The notes below the pieces were generated by a model. It was not told the DNA's origin. It did not search any database and was given only the letters and a program-made list of their open reading frames with translations. The translations under genes and the position numbers were made by a program. Positions 49,406 through 56,933 of a stretch of 64,000 bases of DNA are shown here, one piece after another. Within the stretch, counting starts at the first letter, position 1. Every line of letters starts with the position of its first letter. Source of the stretch: Candidatus Pampinifervens sinense (GTDB lineage: Bacteria > Aquificota > Aquificia > Aquificales > Aquificaceae); the NCBI GenBank assembly GCA_037927135.1, contig JAXSPP010000001.1:256001-320000 (forward strand), in the 5' to 3' direction.

Positions 49406-49726
49406 TTACTTGATTAAACCCAAAAGCCTTGCTATGAATTCTAAAGCATCCTTGTTCAAAAGGACCAAGGCTGAAAGCAGGATTATAAAAAGTATGGTGA
49501 ATTTTCTATCAAGCCTTAGTATCTCCTTTTCCAACCTCAAAATCTCTTTTTCCAGCCTTAGTATTTCCCTTTCTATCTTTGCTTCAAGCTCTGCTCTCAA
49601 AAGTTGTATATCCGCTTTTGTTGCCAGCTCCTTAGTTAATTCTTCCTTCAGCTCTAACTTCTTCTGTAGTGCTATATCTTTGGCCTTTTCTTCTATTTCG
49701 CCTAAGGCCACAGTTAGATGAGGCAT
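49406..49726 (-). CDS. Membrane-anchored coiled-coil protein (CCDC90/DUF1640-like), copy B, head-deleted
   Basis: Shares MPHLTV, QKKLELKEELTKEL and LDRKFTILF...GLIK with copy A; ATKADI neck. Confidence 0.72.
   Translation of the reverse strand: MPHLTVALGEIEEKAKDIALQKKLELKEELTKELATKADIQLLRAELEAKIEREILRLEKEILRLEKEILRLDRKFTILFIILLSALVLLNKDALEFIARLLGLIK
49512..49574 (-). repeat. Three imperfect 21-bp tandem repeats encoding E(R/K)EILRL heptads
   Basis: agccttagtatctccttttcc / aacctcaaaatctctttttcc / agccttagtatttccctttct. Confidence 0.8.
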
Positions 49727-49745
49727 ACCTAAATTATAATCTAAG

Positions 49746-51776
49746 CTATACAGAAAAATCCAAAAGCCTCAGAGTCTCTCCAGATAACCTATCCCTGTTT
49801 TCCCATGCCCAGTTTTGAAGCTCCCAAAGGCTTACCATAAGCTCCATCCTGCCCACAGACCTGTTATACTCTTTTACAAGGCTTGCAAGCCTTTTTGCCT
49901 CCTCTTCCGAAAGACCCAAATTGACCTTTCTGCTAATATACTCTTCAAGCCAAAACTTTAACCTCTCATCGCCAAGGTTTATTCCAAGGCCTTCCGCCTT
50001 CTTTAACAGCTCTTCCACTTTCTCCAAAGGTGCCACCTCTTTTAGCAAAAGGTAAAGCCTTAGCTTAAGGTAGTCCTTTACCCTTGACTTTAAAAGATTA
50101 TCGCATTCAAAGGGGCTTCCCTTGGCATAAAGGATCAGGTTTTCAAATAGATGTTCGTAGCTCTCTTCAAACTCCACATCCTCTTTAAAGTATTCCATGG
50201 CCCAGCCCTTTAGTAGCCAGCCAAGCAAAGGCTGTGGAATCCTATCGGTGCTAAAATCTTTGAGGTCCTCCTCCTCATAAAACTCTTCTTCTGTCTCCTC
50301 ATCCTTTAAAAAGACCCTCCAAGGCTCAAAGCCCTCCACCTTGTAATAAAACTTTCCAAGCCTTCCCTCCTGTGGTATAAGGTCGGAAAGCTCAAGGATC
50401 ACTATGGACCTTATTAGGTCCCTCTCTGATACCACATGAGGTAAGACAAGCTTTTGCCAAACACCAAAGCCGTTGCCATAGACCTGCACGTTGCTTGGTG
50501 CATCAGAAAGGATGTCTAAAAAAGCTTTTTCTACAGACCTGTCGCCAAGTAGGTCTATGGCCCTTTTGGCAAAAAGAAGGTTTTTTACCGCCTCTATGCC
50601 CGATATGTCTGCAAAGAACCAGCCATCGGAAGAAAAAGCATAGCTCACATACTTGTAAGCGTAGAGTAGTCTAAGAAGCTTCCTCTTTTCCTCCGGGCTT
50701 ACATGGCCCTTAAGATGCCTTTTGAAATAATCTTCCTTTGACCCTCCCATTAGGACCTCTACAAAGTCAAAGAGGGCCTCCTTTGGGTCAAGGGTGTGTT
50801 GAGAAAGAACATCAAAAAGCCTTTCCTTTACCTTGGACCTTAGGACTTCAAGGGCTTCCCTTAAAGGCTTTCTCCACTTTTGGTGCCAGCCTGGCTCTCC
50901 TCCCGTAGAACATCCACAGTCAGACCTCCACCTTTCCACACCGTGGGCACAGCTCCAAGAGGTGTATTCGTTTATATCCGCCTCACCCTCTGGATGTAGG
51001 CTTTCATAGACCTTTTCAAGGGTGCTAATGTTTGGATGGTTTTCCAAAAGGTAGGCAAGGCCCATCTCTCCAAACTTTTTGTGGTGGCCAAAGGTTTCAC
51101 CATCAAGGGCTATAAGGGTTATGCCCTTCCTGTCCCTTGTTCTCCTTATTACCTCATCCATATGGTTTATCAGCTCTCCAAAGGCTATGCCATGGGACAG
51201 CTCTCCATCGTAGACAAAGATGTCTATGTGGCCCTCCGGAAGGTGGTGCCTCAGATAGTTGCCCTTTGTCTTTACCTGATGGGGTGCAAGGATGGTGTAT
51301 TTTATGCCGTGTTTTACAAGGAGGGATAGGGTCCTTTTGTCTACCGCTAGCTCTGGAAGCCAAAAGCCTTTTGGCCTTCTTCCAAAGACCTTTTCAAAGG
51401 CCCTTATGCCCCAAACTATCTGAACCTCCCTGTCTTCCTCCGGGTCAAGGGGCAGTATGGTGTGGTTAAAACCGCTGGCTATTGCATTTTGGCCTGCCCT
51501 TTTTAGCCTTTCCACAAACCAAGGCCTTTCCTTCAAAAGCCAAGAGAGTAAGCTGTAGGTGAAGTCAAAGCTTATGCCCTGGTAGTTGTTGACCACCTTT
51601 AGGACCTTTCCATCCCTTGTATAATGGGCGTACATGTTGGGAAGGTAGGACTCTCTAAAGATCCTTTCGTTCCAGTTTTCAAAGGGCATGGCGGATGGCT
51701 CTGTAGGAACTAAGCCAAGGTATGGGTTTTCCCTAGGTGGCTGATGAAAATGGCAATGAACGCAGAAGAAGTTCAT
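49746..51776 (-). CDS. Glycoside hydrolase family 57 (DUF3536-type)
   Basis: HCHFHQPPRENP, GFWLPE, DGETFGHH, SWSCAHGVERW motifs. Confidence 0.9.
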   Translation of the reverse strand: MNFFCVHCHFHQPPRENPYLGLVPTEPSAMPFENWNERIFRESYLPNMYAHYTRDGKVLKVVNNYQGISFDFTYSLLSWLLKERPWFVERLKRAGQNAIASGFNHTILPLDPEEDREVQIVWGIRAFEKVFGRRPKGFWLPELAVDKRTLSLLVKHGIKYTILAPHQVKTKGNYLRHHLPEGHIDIFVYDGELSHGIAFGELINHMDEVIRRTRDRKGITLIALDGETFGHHKKFGEMGLAYLLENHPNISTLEKVYESLHPEGEADINEYTSWSCAHGVERWRSDCGCSTGGEPGWHQKWRKPLREALEVLRSKVKERLFDVLSQHTLDPKEALFDFVEVLMGGSKEDYFKRHLKGHVSPEEKRKLLRLLYAYKYVSYAFSSDGWFFADISGIEAVKNLLFAKRAIDLLGDRSVEKAFLDILSDAPSNVQVYGNGFGVWQKLVLPHVVSERDLIRSIVILELSDLIPQEGRLGKFYYKVEGFEPWRVFLKDEETEEEFYEEEDLKDFSTDRIPQPLLGWLLKGWAMEYFKEDVEFEESYEHLFENLILYAKGSPFECDNLLKSRVKDYLKLRLYLLLKEVAPLEKVEELLKKAEGLGINLGDERLKFWLEEYISRKVNLGLSEEEAKRLASLVKEYNRSVGRMELMVSLWELQNWAWENRDRLSGETLRLLDFSV

Positions 51777-52723
51777 ACCTCCACAAAGGCTCCCATCTTT
51801 TCAAACTTTTTTATCCTATCTTCCACAATTTCCTCCGGCTTTAATCTCAAGAGGTCCCTTAGGTGCCTCCTTAAGAAGAACTTTAAAATCCTTGCGCTCC
51901 TTCTGTGGTCCCAATGGGAGGCTCCAAAGGGCTCGGGAATTATCTGGTCTATCACTCCAAGCTTTAAAAGGTCTTGGGCTGTAAGCTTTAGGGCTTTTGA
52001 GGCCTCCTTTACCTTGCTTTGGTCCTTCCAGAGGATGGCCGCACAGCCTTCTGGCGAGATAACAGAGTATATGGCATTCTCCAGCATTAGAACTCTGTTG
52101 GCCACCCCCAAGGCAAGGGCTCCGCCAGACCCACCTTCACCTATGATAACCGCTATGGTAGGAACTTTTAAGTAGCCAAAGATATACAGGCTTTGGGCTA
52201 TGGCTCTTGATTGCCCCCTCTCTTCCGCACCTATGCCCGGGTATGCCCCCGGCGTATCTATAAAGGTTATTATGGGCATGCCGTATTTTTCCGCCAGCTC
52301 TGCCACCCTTATGGCCTTCCTATAGCCTTCTGGGTGTGGCATGCCAAAGTTTCTCTCCATCTTTTCCTTTGTTGTCCTTCCCTTTTCTTGTCCTATTAGG
52401 GCCACAGGCATGTGGTCAAAGTAGGCAAAGCCGGCCATTATGGCCTTGTCATCCCCAAAACATCTGTCTCCGTGGAGTTCTATAAAGTTTTTGAAGATAA
52501 GGTTTATGTAGTCTATGGTGTGGGGCCTTTGGGGGTGCCTTGCAAGGAGAACCCTCTCCCAAGGGTCAAGCTTAGAATAGACCTCTTTTGCTTTCTTCTT
52601 AAACTCCCTTTGTAGCTTTCTTAGCTCCTTCTCCTTTTCTTTTTCTCCAAGGTCATAGAGCCTTTTTAGCTGTTCTATTTTTTGATAGAGCTCCTGGAGG
52701 TCCTTTTCAAAGTCTAAGAACAT
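51773..52723 (-). CDS. accA: Acetyl-CoA carboxylase carboxyltransferase alpha subunit
   Basis: ELHGDR, FGMPHPEGYRKA, DTPGAYPG, GEGGSGGAL, SPEGCAAIL motifs; ATG 52723. Confidence 0.97.
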   Translation of the reverse strand: MFLDFEKDLQELYQKIEQLKRLYDLGEKEKEKELRKLQREFKKKAKEVYSKLDPWERVLLARHPQRPHTIDYINLIFKNFIELHGDRCFGDDKAIMAGFAYFDHMPVALIGQEKGRTTKEKMERNFGMPHPEGYRKAIRVAELAEKYGMPIITFIDTPGAYPGIGAEERGQSRAIAQSLYIFGYLKVPTIAVIIGEGGSGGALALGVANRVLMLENAIYSVISPEGCAAILWKDQSKVKEASKALKLTAQDLLKLGVIDQIIPEPFGASHWDHRRSARILKFFLRRHLRDLLRLKPEEIVEDRIKKFEKMGAFVEV

Positions 52724-52739
52724 CAAAAAAATTATACCA

Positions 52740-52815
52740 TGGTAGGCGCGGGCGGATTTGAACCGCCGACCTCTGGCGTGTCGGGCCAGCGCTCTGCCAG
52801 CTGAGCTACGCGCCT
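52740..52815 (-). tRNA. tRNA-Val(GAC), 76 nt, encoded CCA, C33
   Basis: AGGCGCGTAGCTCAGCTGGCAGAGCG-CTGGC-CCGACAC-GCCAG-AGGTCGGCGGTTCAAATCCGCCCGCGCCTACCA. Confidence 0.96.
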
Positions 52816-52820
52816 TTAGA

Positions 52821-52834
52821 GTTATAATTATAAC
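52821..52834. promoter_or_regulatory. Palindromic bidirectional -10 element for tRNA-Val and gmk
   Basis: GTTATAATTATAAC is a perfect palindrome with TATAAT on both strands. Confidence 0.7.
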
Positions 52835-53470
52835 ATGCTATTCGTACTTTCTGCACCTTCCGGAACGGGCAAGACCACTGTGGCAGAAAGGTTGCTTAAA
52901 AGCTGTCCCGGTGTAAGAAGAATAATAACGGCCACCACAAGGTCCAAAAGGGAAGGGGAAGTGCATGGAGTGGATTACCTTTTTATAAGCTATGAGGAGT
53001 TTAAAGAGAAGATAGAGGAAGGCTACTTTTTGGAGTATGCGGAGGTTTACGGCCACTACTATGGCACTCCAAAGGACCAGGTGATAAGGAACGAAGAAGA
53101 AGGCGTAGACTCTCTTTTGGTCATAGATGTGCAAGGGGCAAAGAAGGTAAGGGAAACTTACAAGGATTCTATCCTCATCTTTTTGATGCCACCGAGCCTT
53201 GAAGAACTAAGAAGAAGACTGCTTACAAGGGGCTACGGCACAGAGAACTTGGAAAAGAGGCTAAGGAAGGCAGAAGAAGAAATAGCCTGTGCCAAGTACT
53301 TTGATTATATAGTGGTGAACGAGTTTATAGACAAGACGGTGGAAGCCCTGTGCCACATAATCAAGGCACAAAGGCATAAAAAGGAAAACTTCTTTAAAAG
53401 GCCTACCCTTTTGGATGAAGAGATTCTTAGAATTATAAAAGAGGGCCAGTGCCACACCTTTGAAAGATGA
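52835..53470 (+). CDS. gmk: Guanylate kinase
   Basis: APSGTGKT, TTRSKREGEVHGVDYLF, YYGT, IDVQGA motifs. Confidence 0.96.
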   Translation: MLFVLSAPSGTGKTTVAERLLKSCPGVRRIITATTRSKREGEVHGVDYLFISYEEFKEKIEEGYFLEYAEVYGHYYGTPKDQVIRNEEEGVDSLLVIDVQGAKKVRETYKDSILIFLMPPSLEELRRRLLTRGYGTENLEKRLRKAEEEIACAKYFDYIVVNEFIDKTVEALCHIIKAQRHKKENFFKRPTLLDEEILRIIKEGQCHTFER

Positions 53471-53736
53471 TGGACATTGAAAAGGCTAAAGAGAAGCTAA
53501 GGGCTATGGGCTATGAAGGCATATACCTCTGGCAGGACCCACCGGGCACTTACTATGATTGGCACACTCACCCAGAGGACGAGGTGCGATACATTCTGGA
53601 GGGTGAGATGACCATAGGGACTGAGGAAGGGGTTTATCATCTAAAGGCTGGGGACCTATTAGAAGTGAAGGCTGGCACAAGGCATTGGGCAAAGACGGAG
53701 AAGGGAGTGAAGTATCTTTGTGGGAGTAGGAGATAA
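53467..53736 (+). CDS. Small cupin protein
   Basis: WHTHPEDEVRYILEG...GDLLEVKAGTRH cupin motifs. Confidence 0.88.
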   Translation: MMDIEKAKEKLRAMGYEGIYLWQDPPGTYYDWHTHPEDEVRYILEGEMTIGTEEGVYHLKAGDLLEVKAGTRHWAKTEKGVKYLCGSRR

Positions 53737-53746
53737 TTAAAACCTT

Positions 53747-55324
53747 TTAGCCATATTTCTCCAGCCTTCCGTAGGTATAAACAAACTCTGCATCCACTTC
53801 CTTAGGCGCATCCTTTCTGTATTTGTTGACCGTATATACTATTACTCTGGCCCTATCTCTATTTAGATTAAGCACAGAATAGCCCCAGTTTTTCATATTG
53901 AGATGTTTTATCCAAGGGTTTTGTAGCATTTCTGCCCTTTCTACCTCTTCTATAGAAGTATAATTTGGCCAGTTTCTTTTCCACCAACCCATCTCTTTTG
54001 AATTAACAGAAGATATGGCTGGCGTCATAAACTCTGCACCAAGCACTTCCTTTGGCTCTTGATAGCTGTCTGGAATCTCCGCTATAAATGTAGCATGTCT
54101 GTCTCCGGTTGAGATTAGTAAGTTTTTCATGCCTTCCCTCTTTAAAAAGTCCAGTATTTTTTGCCTTTCGCCCGCATAACCATCCCAAGCATCCAAAGAA
54201 CCAAACTTGCCATCCACAAGGCTTTGAGAAAACTGCACATCATTGCCCCAAACCTTCCAAACAAACTTATCTTCTTTTAACTTTTTCAAGAACCATCTTA
54301 GTTGGTCTTGGCCAAGCATGGTAGTCCTATACTGTTCTGCACAGCCGGGTGCACCATACTTTCCTCTGCAAGGCTGTTTGTCTCTGTAGCTTCTTCCATC
54401 GGTCATTATAAGATGGGCCAAGCTTCCTATTTTAAAGTCGCGGTAGATGGTTATCCATAGTAAGGGGTCTCTGTTTTGAAAGTTTGTCTTTACTCTGGCT
54501 GGTATATACTCAAGCCAAGCCTTTATGGAATCCAGCCTAAGCTGTAGCAATTTTTCCCTTTCTCTGATGGGATAGTCTCCAATCCAGTATTCCCTTTGGT
54601 AATTGTAGTAGTAGTCGTTTAGAAACTCATGGTCATCCCAAGTGTGCACAAAGGTATGCATGGCTCTGGCAAGTCTGATGTCTGGGTCGGAAAGGTAGGT
54701 TCTGTATAAGTATCTATAATCTTCCAAGTTTTGGACTATGTTTGACCCTGACGGAAGCTCCAAAAGCCTGCCCGCCACCCTTGGTGGGCCGTATATCTTT
54801 TCGTATATAAAGTCTCCCAGATGAACCACCAATTGAAGGTCCTCTTGGGCCATATGCCTGTAGGCTGTAAAGTAGCCATCGGCGTAGTTCTGGCATGTGG
54901 CAAAGGCTATGCTTATATCTTGTGCCTCCTCTGGAAGAGTTTTTAACCTTCCTATCATAGAAGGCACATCTGCATAAACAAACCTGTAGTAATAGGTTCT
55001 TCCGGGTTGCAATTTTCCTTCCAGGTCTATCCTTACCGTGTGGTCATCTTTGGATGATATGCGGTCCCATGGTAGTCTTCCAGAAAATACAAGCCTTTTG
55101 AAGTCCATATCTTCCGATATTTGTAGGATTAGGTCCTTTTTCATCCTTTCATGCACCTTTGGGTTTATACGGGTCCAAAGGATGGCGCCGGTGTGCGTGG
55201 GGTCTGCGCTTGCCACACCTTGAGGGAATACCTCCTCCGTATCCATGGAAAAGCTAAGGCGGTTCAAGGACAAAAGCATTAGGGTGGCAAGGCTACCTTC
55301 CAAGAACTCCCTTCTTGTGATCAT
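53747..55324 (-). CDS. phoD: Tat-exported alkaline phosphatase D
   Basis: TRREFL twin-arginine signal; FPQGVASADP, HLGDFIYE, WDDHE, DAWDGY, TGDRH motifs. Confidence 0.93.
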   Translation of the reverse strand: MITRREFLEGSLATLMLLSLNRLSFSMDTEEVFPQGVASADPTHTGAILWTRINPKVHERMKKDLILQISEDMDFKRLVFSGRLPWDRISSKDDHTVRIDLEGKLQPGRTYYYRFVYADVPSMIGRLKTLPEEAQDISIAFATCQNYADGYFTAYRHMAQEDLQLVVHLGDFIYEKIYGPPRVAGRLLELPSGSNIVQNLEDYRYLYRTYLSDPDIRLARAMHTFVHTWDDHEFLNDYYYNYQREYWIGDYPIREREKLLQLRLDSIKAWLEYIPARVKTNFQNRDPLLWITIYRDFKIGSLAHLIMTDGRSYRDKQPCRGKYGAPGCAEQYRTTMLGQDQLRWFLKKLKEDKFVWKVWGNDVQFSQSLVDGKFGSLDAWDGYAGERQKILDFLKREGMKNLLISTGDRHATFIAEIPDSYQEPKEVLGAEFMTPAISSVNSKEMGWWKRNWPNYTSIEEVERAEMLQNPWIKHLNMKNWGYSVLNLNRDRARVIVYTVNKYRKDAPKEVDAEFVYTYGRLEKYG

Positions 55325-55326
55325 AT

Positions 55327-56076
55327 CTATCCTCCTCCAAGGCGGTAGTCTATTTCTATTTCAAGCTCCAAGGGGGCCTTTGGGGGTGGTGGAAGCTTGG
55401 CAAGGGACCTTAACATTCTTATGGTTCCTTCGTCCAAATACCTGCTTTGACTGCTCTTTATTATCCTTATATCTTCTATCCTTCCTTCCGAGTTTATCCT
55501 TAGCCTTACCACAAGAGTGCCTTCCTCACCCCTTCTTTTTGCCTCCTCTGGGTATCTTTTATTCCTCTCAATTATGGCCTTTACTTGACTGTAGTAGGCT
55601 ATCATTTGGTCCTTAGACTCTTCCTTTTTGGCCGTTGGTAGCTCCCTTTTGACCTGTGGCCTCTCTACCTGCGCTTCTTTTTGAGGCTTCTCTTGGCTTG
55701 TTTCCTTCTCTTTATTTGAAGTGTCTTCTTTTGTTTCTTCTCTGGCTGTAATTTGTGTTTGGGCCTTTTCTGCTATGGGTATGGCCTCCTTTGGTGGTGC
55801 CACAGGCTCTTGTCTTACTTCCTGCTTTTGGGGAACATTTTTTATAACCTTTTTAACCTCCTGCCTTTTGGGTGGTGTTTTTTGAGGTCTTGATTCTTTT
55901 GGGTTTGTAGTCTCCTGTGTGGGTGGTAGGGTGAGGATGATCTCTACGGGCTTGGATCCACCACTTGGAAAGGTCATTTTGCTAACAGACATAAGCCAAG
56001 AGATAACAAAGGAAGAGAGGAGGGAAAGGCTTATGGAAAGAGCAAGGGCTTTGGGCCTGTCTTCTCTGAGGATCAT
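55327..56076 (-). CDS. tonB: TonB energy transducer
   Basis: N-terminal TM, P/K/E-rich linker, YPEEAKRRGEEG and SSQSRYLD C-domain. Confidence 0.9.
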   Translation of the reverse strand: MILREDRPKALALSISLSLLSSFVISWLMSVSKMTFPSGGSKPVEIILTLPPTQETTNPKESRPQKTPPKRQEVKKVIKNVPQKQEVRQEPVAPPKEAIPIAEKAQTQITAREETKEDTSNKEKETSQEKPQKEAQVERPQVKRELPTAKKEESKDQMIAYYSQVKAIIERNKRYPEEAKRRGEEGTLVVRLRINSEGRIEDIRIIKSSQSRYLDEGTIRMLRSLAKLPPPPKAPLELEIEIDYRLGGG

Positions 56077-56495
56077 TTATTGTCGCCCACGATGCCTATG
56101 TTGTATATGCCCGATTCCTTTATGGCATCTATAACCTCTATAACTTTTTGCAGGTTCACTTCCTTATCTCCCACTATTAGAACGGTGGCCTTTTCTTTAT
56201 CTTGCACATTCCTTAGGTAGTTTTTGAGGGCCTGTAGACCCTCCTCCCTGTTTTCCAGAAGGACTCTTCCATCTTTGGATATATACACTTTGATAGGTTC
56301 TCTGAGGTCCTTCCTCTGCACCGTGGAAGAGGTAGGCACTTTTATCTCTTGTAGCATCATGGGAAAAACGTTTAGGGTATAGACCATGAAAAAGACCAAC
56401 AAAAACAGCATTACGTCTATCATAGGTATTATTTGTATTTCTTCCTTCTGATGTTCCTCCTCCATAAGCAGTAAAAGTAAAGCCTTTTTATTCAT
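56073..56495 (-). CDS. exbD: ExbD/TolR biopolymer transport protein
   Basis: IIPMIDVMLFLLVFFMV TM with the conserved Asp; GDKEV motif. Confidence 0.92.
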   Translation of the reverse strand: MNKKALLLLLMEEEHQKEEIQIIPMIDVMLFLLVFFMVYTLNVFPMMLQEIKVPTSSTVQRKDLREPIKVYISKDGRVLLENREEGLQALKNYLRNVQDKEKATVLIVGDKEVNLQKVIEVIDAIKESGIYNIGIVGDNK

Positions 56496-56931
56496 TGCCT
56501 TCCTCCAAAAGGGACCTTAGAAGCTCAAGCTTTACTTCCTCTTTTATGGAAGATACTTTGGAATGGAAGAACTTGAAGAAGAAGTAAAACCAGAGGGACA
56601 TGGCTATACCGAGGGCTGTGGCCCAAAGGGCTGTGCCTATGGCTGCGCTTATCTCACCTGCACCGCTCACACCTTTTGCGGCAAGCTGTTGAAAGGCTAT
56701 TATAAGGGCCAATACGGTGCCCAAAAGGCCCACTATGGGAGAGACGGTGGCTGCAAAGTCCAAAAACCATAGCCTCCTTCTTATAGACTCTGCATGCTCA
56801 AGCCTTTTGTCCGCTGGACTGTTGGGCCTTCTTTTAAGCTGGAAGAAGTTCATAGCCACTAAATAGTTGCCAAAGGTGAAGATCAAAAGCATCAGTCCAA
56901 AAACTCCCTTATGGATAAGATCCAGCAACAT
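56488..56931 (-). CDS. exbB: Short ExbB/TolQ/MotA proton-channel protein
   Basis: SPIVGLLGTV and AIGTALWATALG motifs. Confidence 0.9.
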   Translation of the reverse strand: MLLDLIHKGVFGLMLLIFTFGNYLVAMNFFQLKRRPNSPADKRLEHAESIRRRLWFLDFAATVSPIVGLLGTVLALIIAFQQLAAKGVSGAGEISAAIGTALWATALGIAMSLWFYFFFKFFHSKVSSIKEEVKLELLRSLLEEGNE

Positions 56932-56933
56932 GC

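Noticed and set aside
49512-49574. Short repeats as a possible CRISPR array
   Set aside because: No spacers; they are in-frame heptad-coding repeats; no cas genes in the window.
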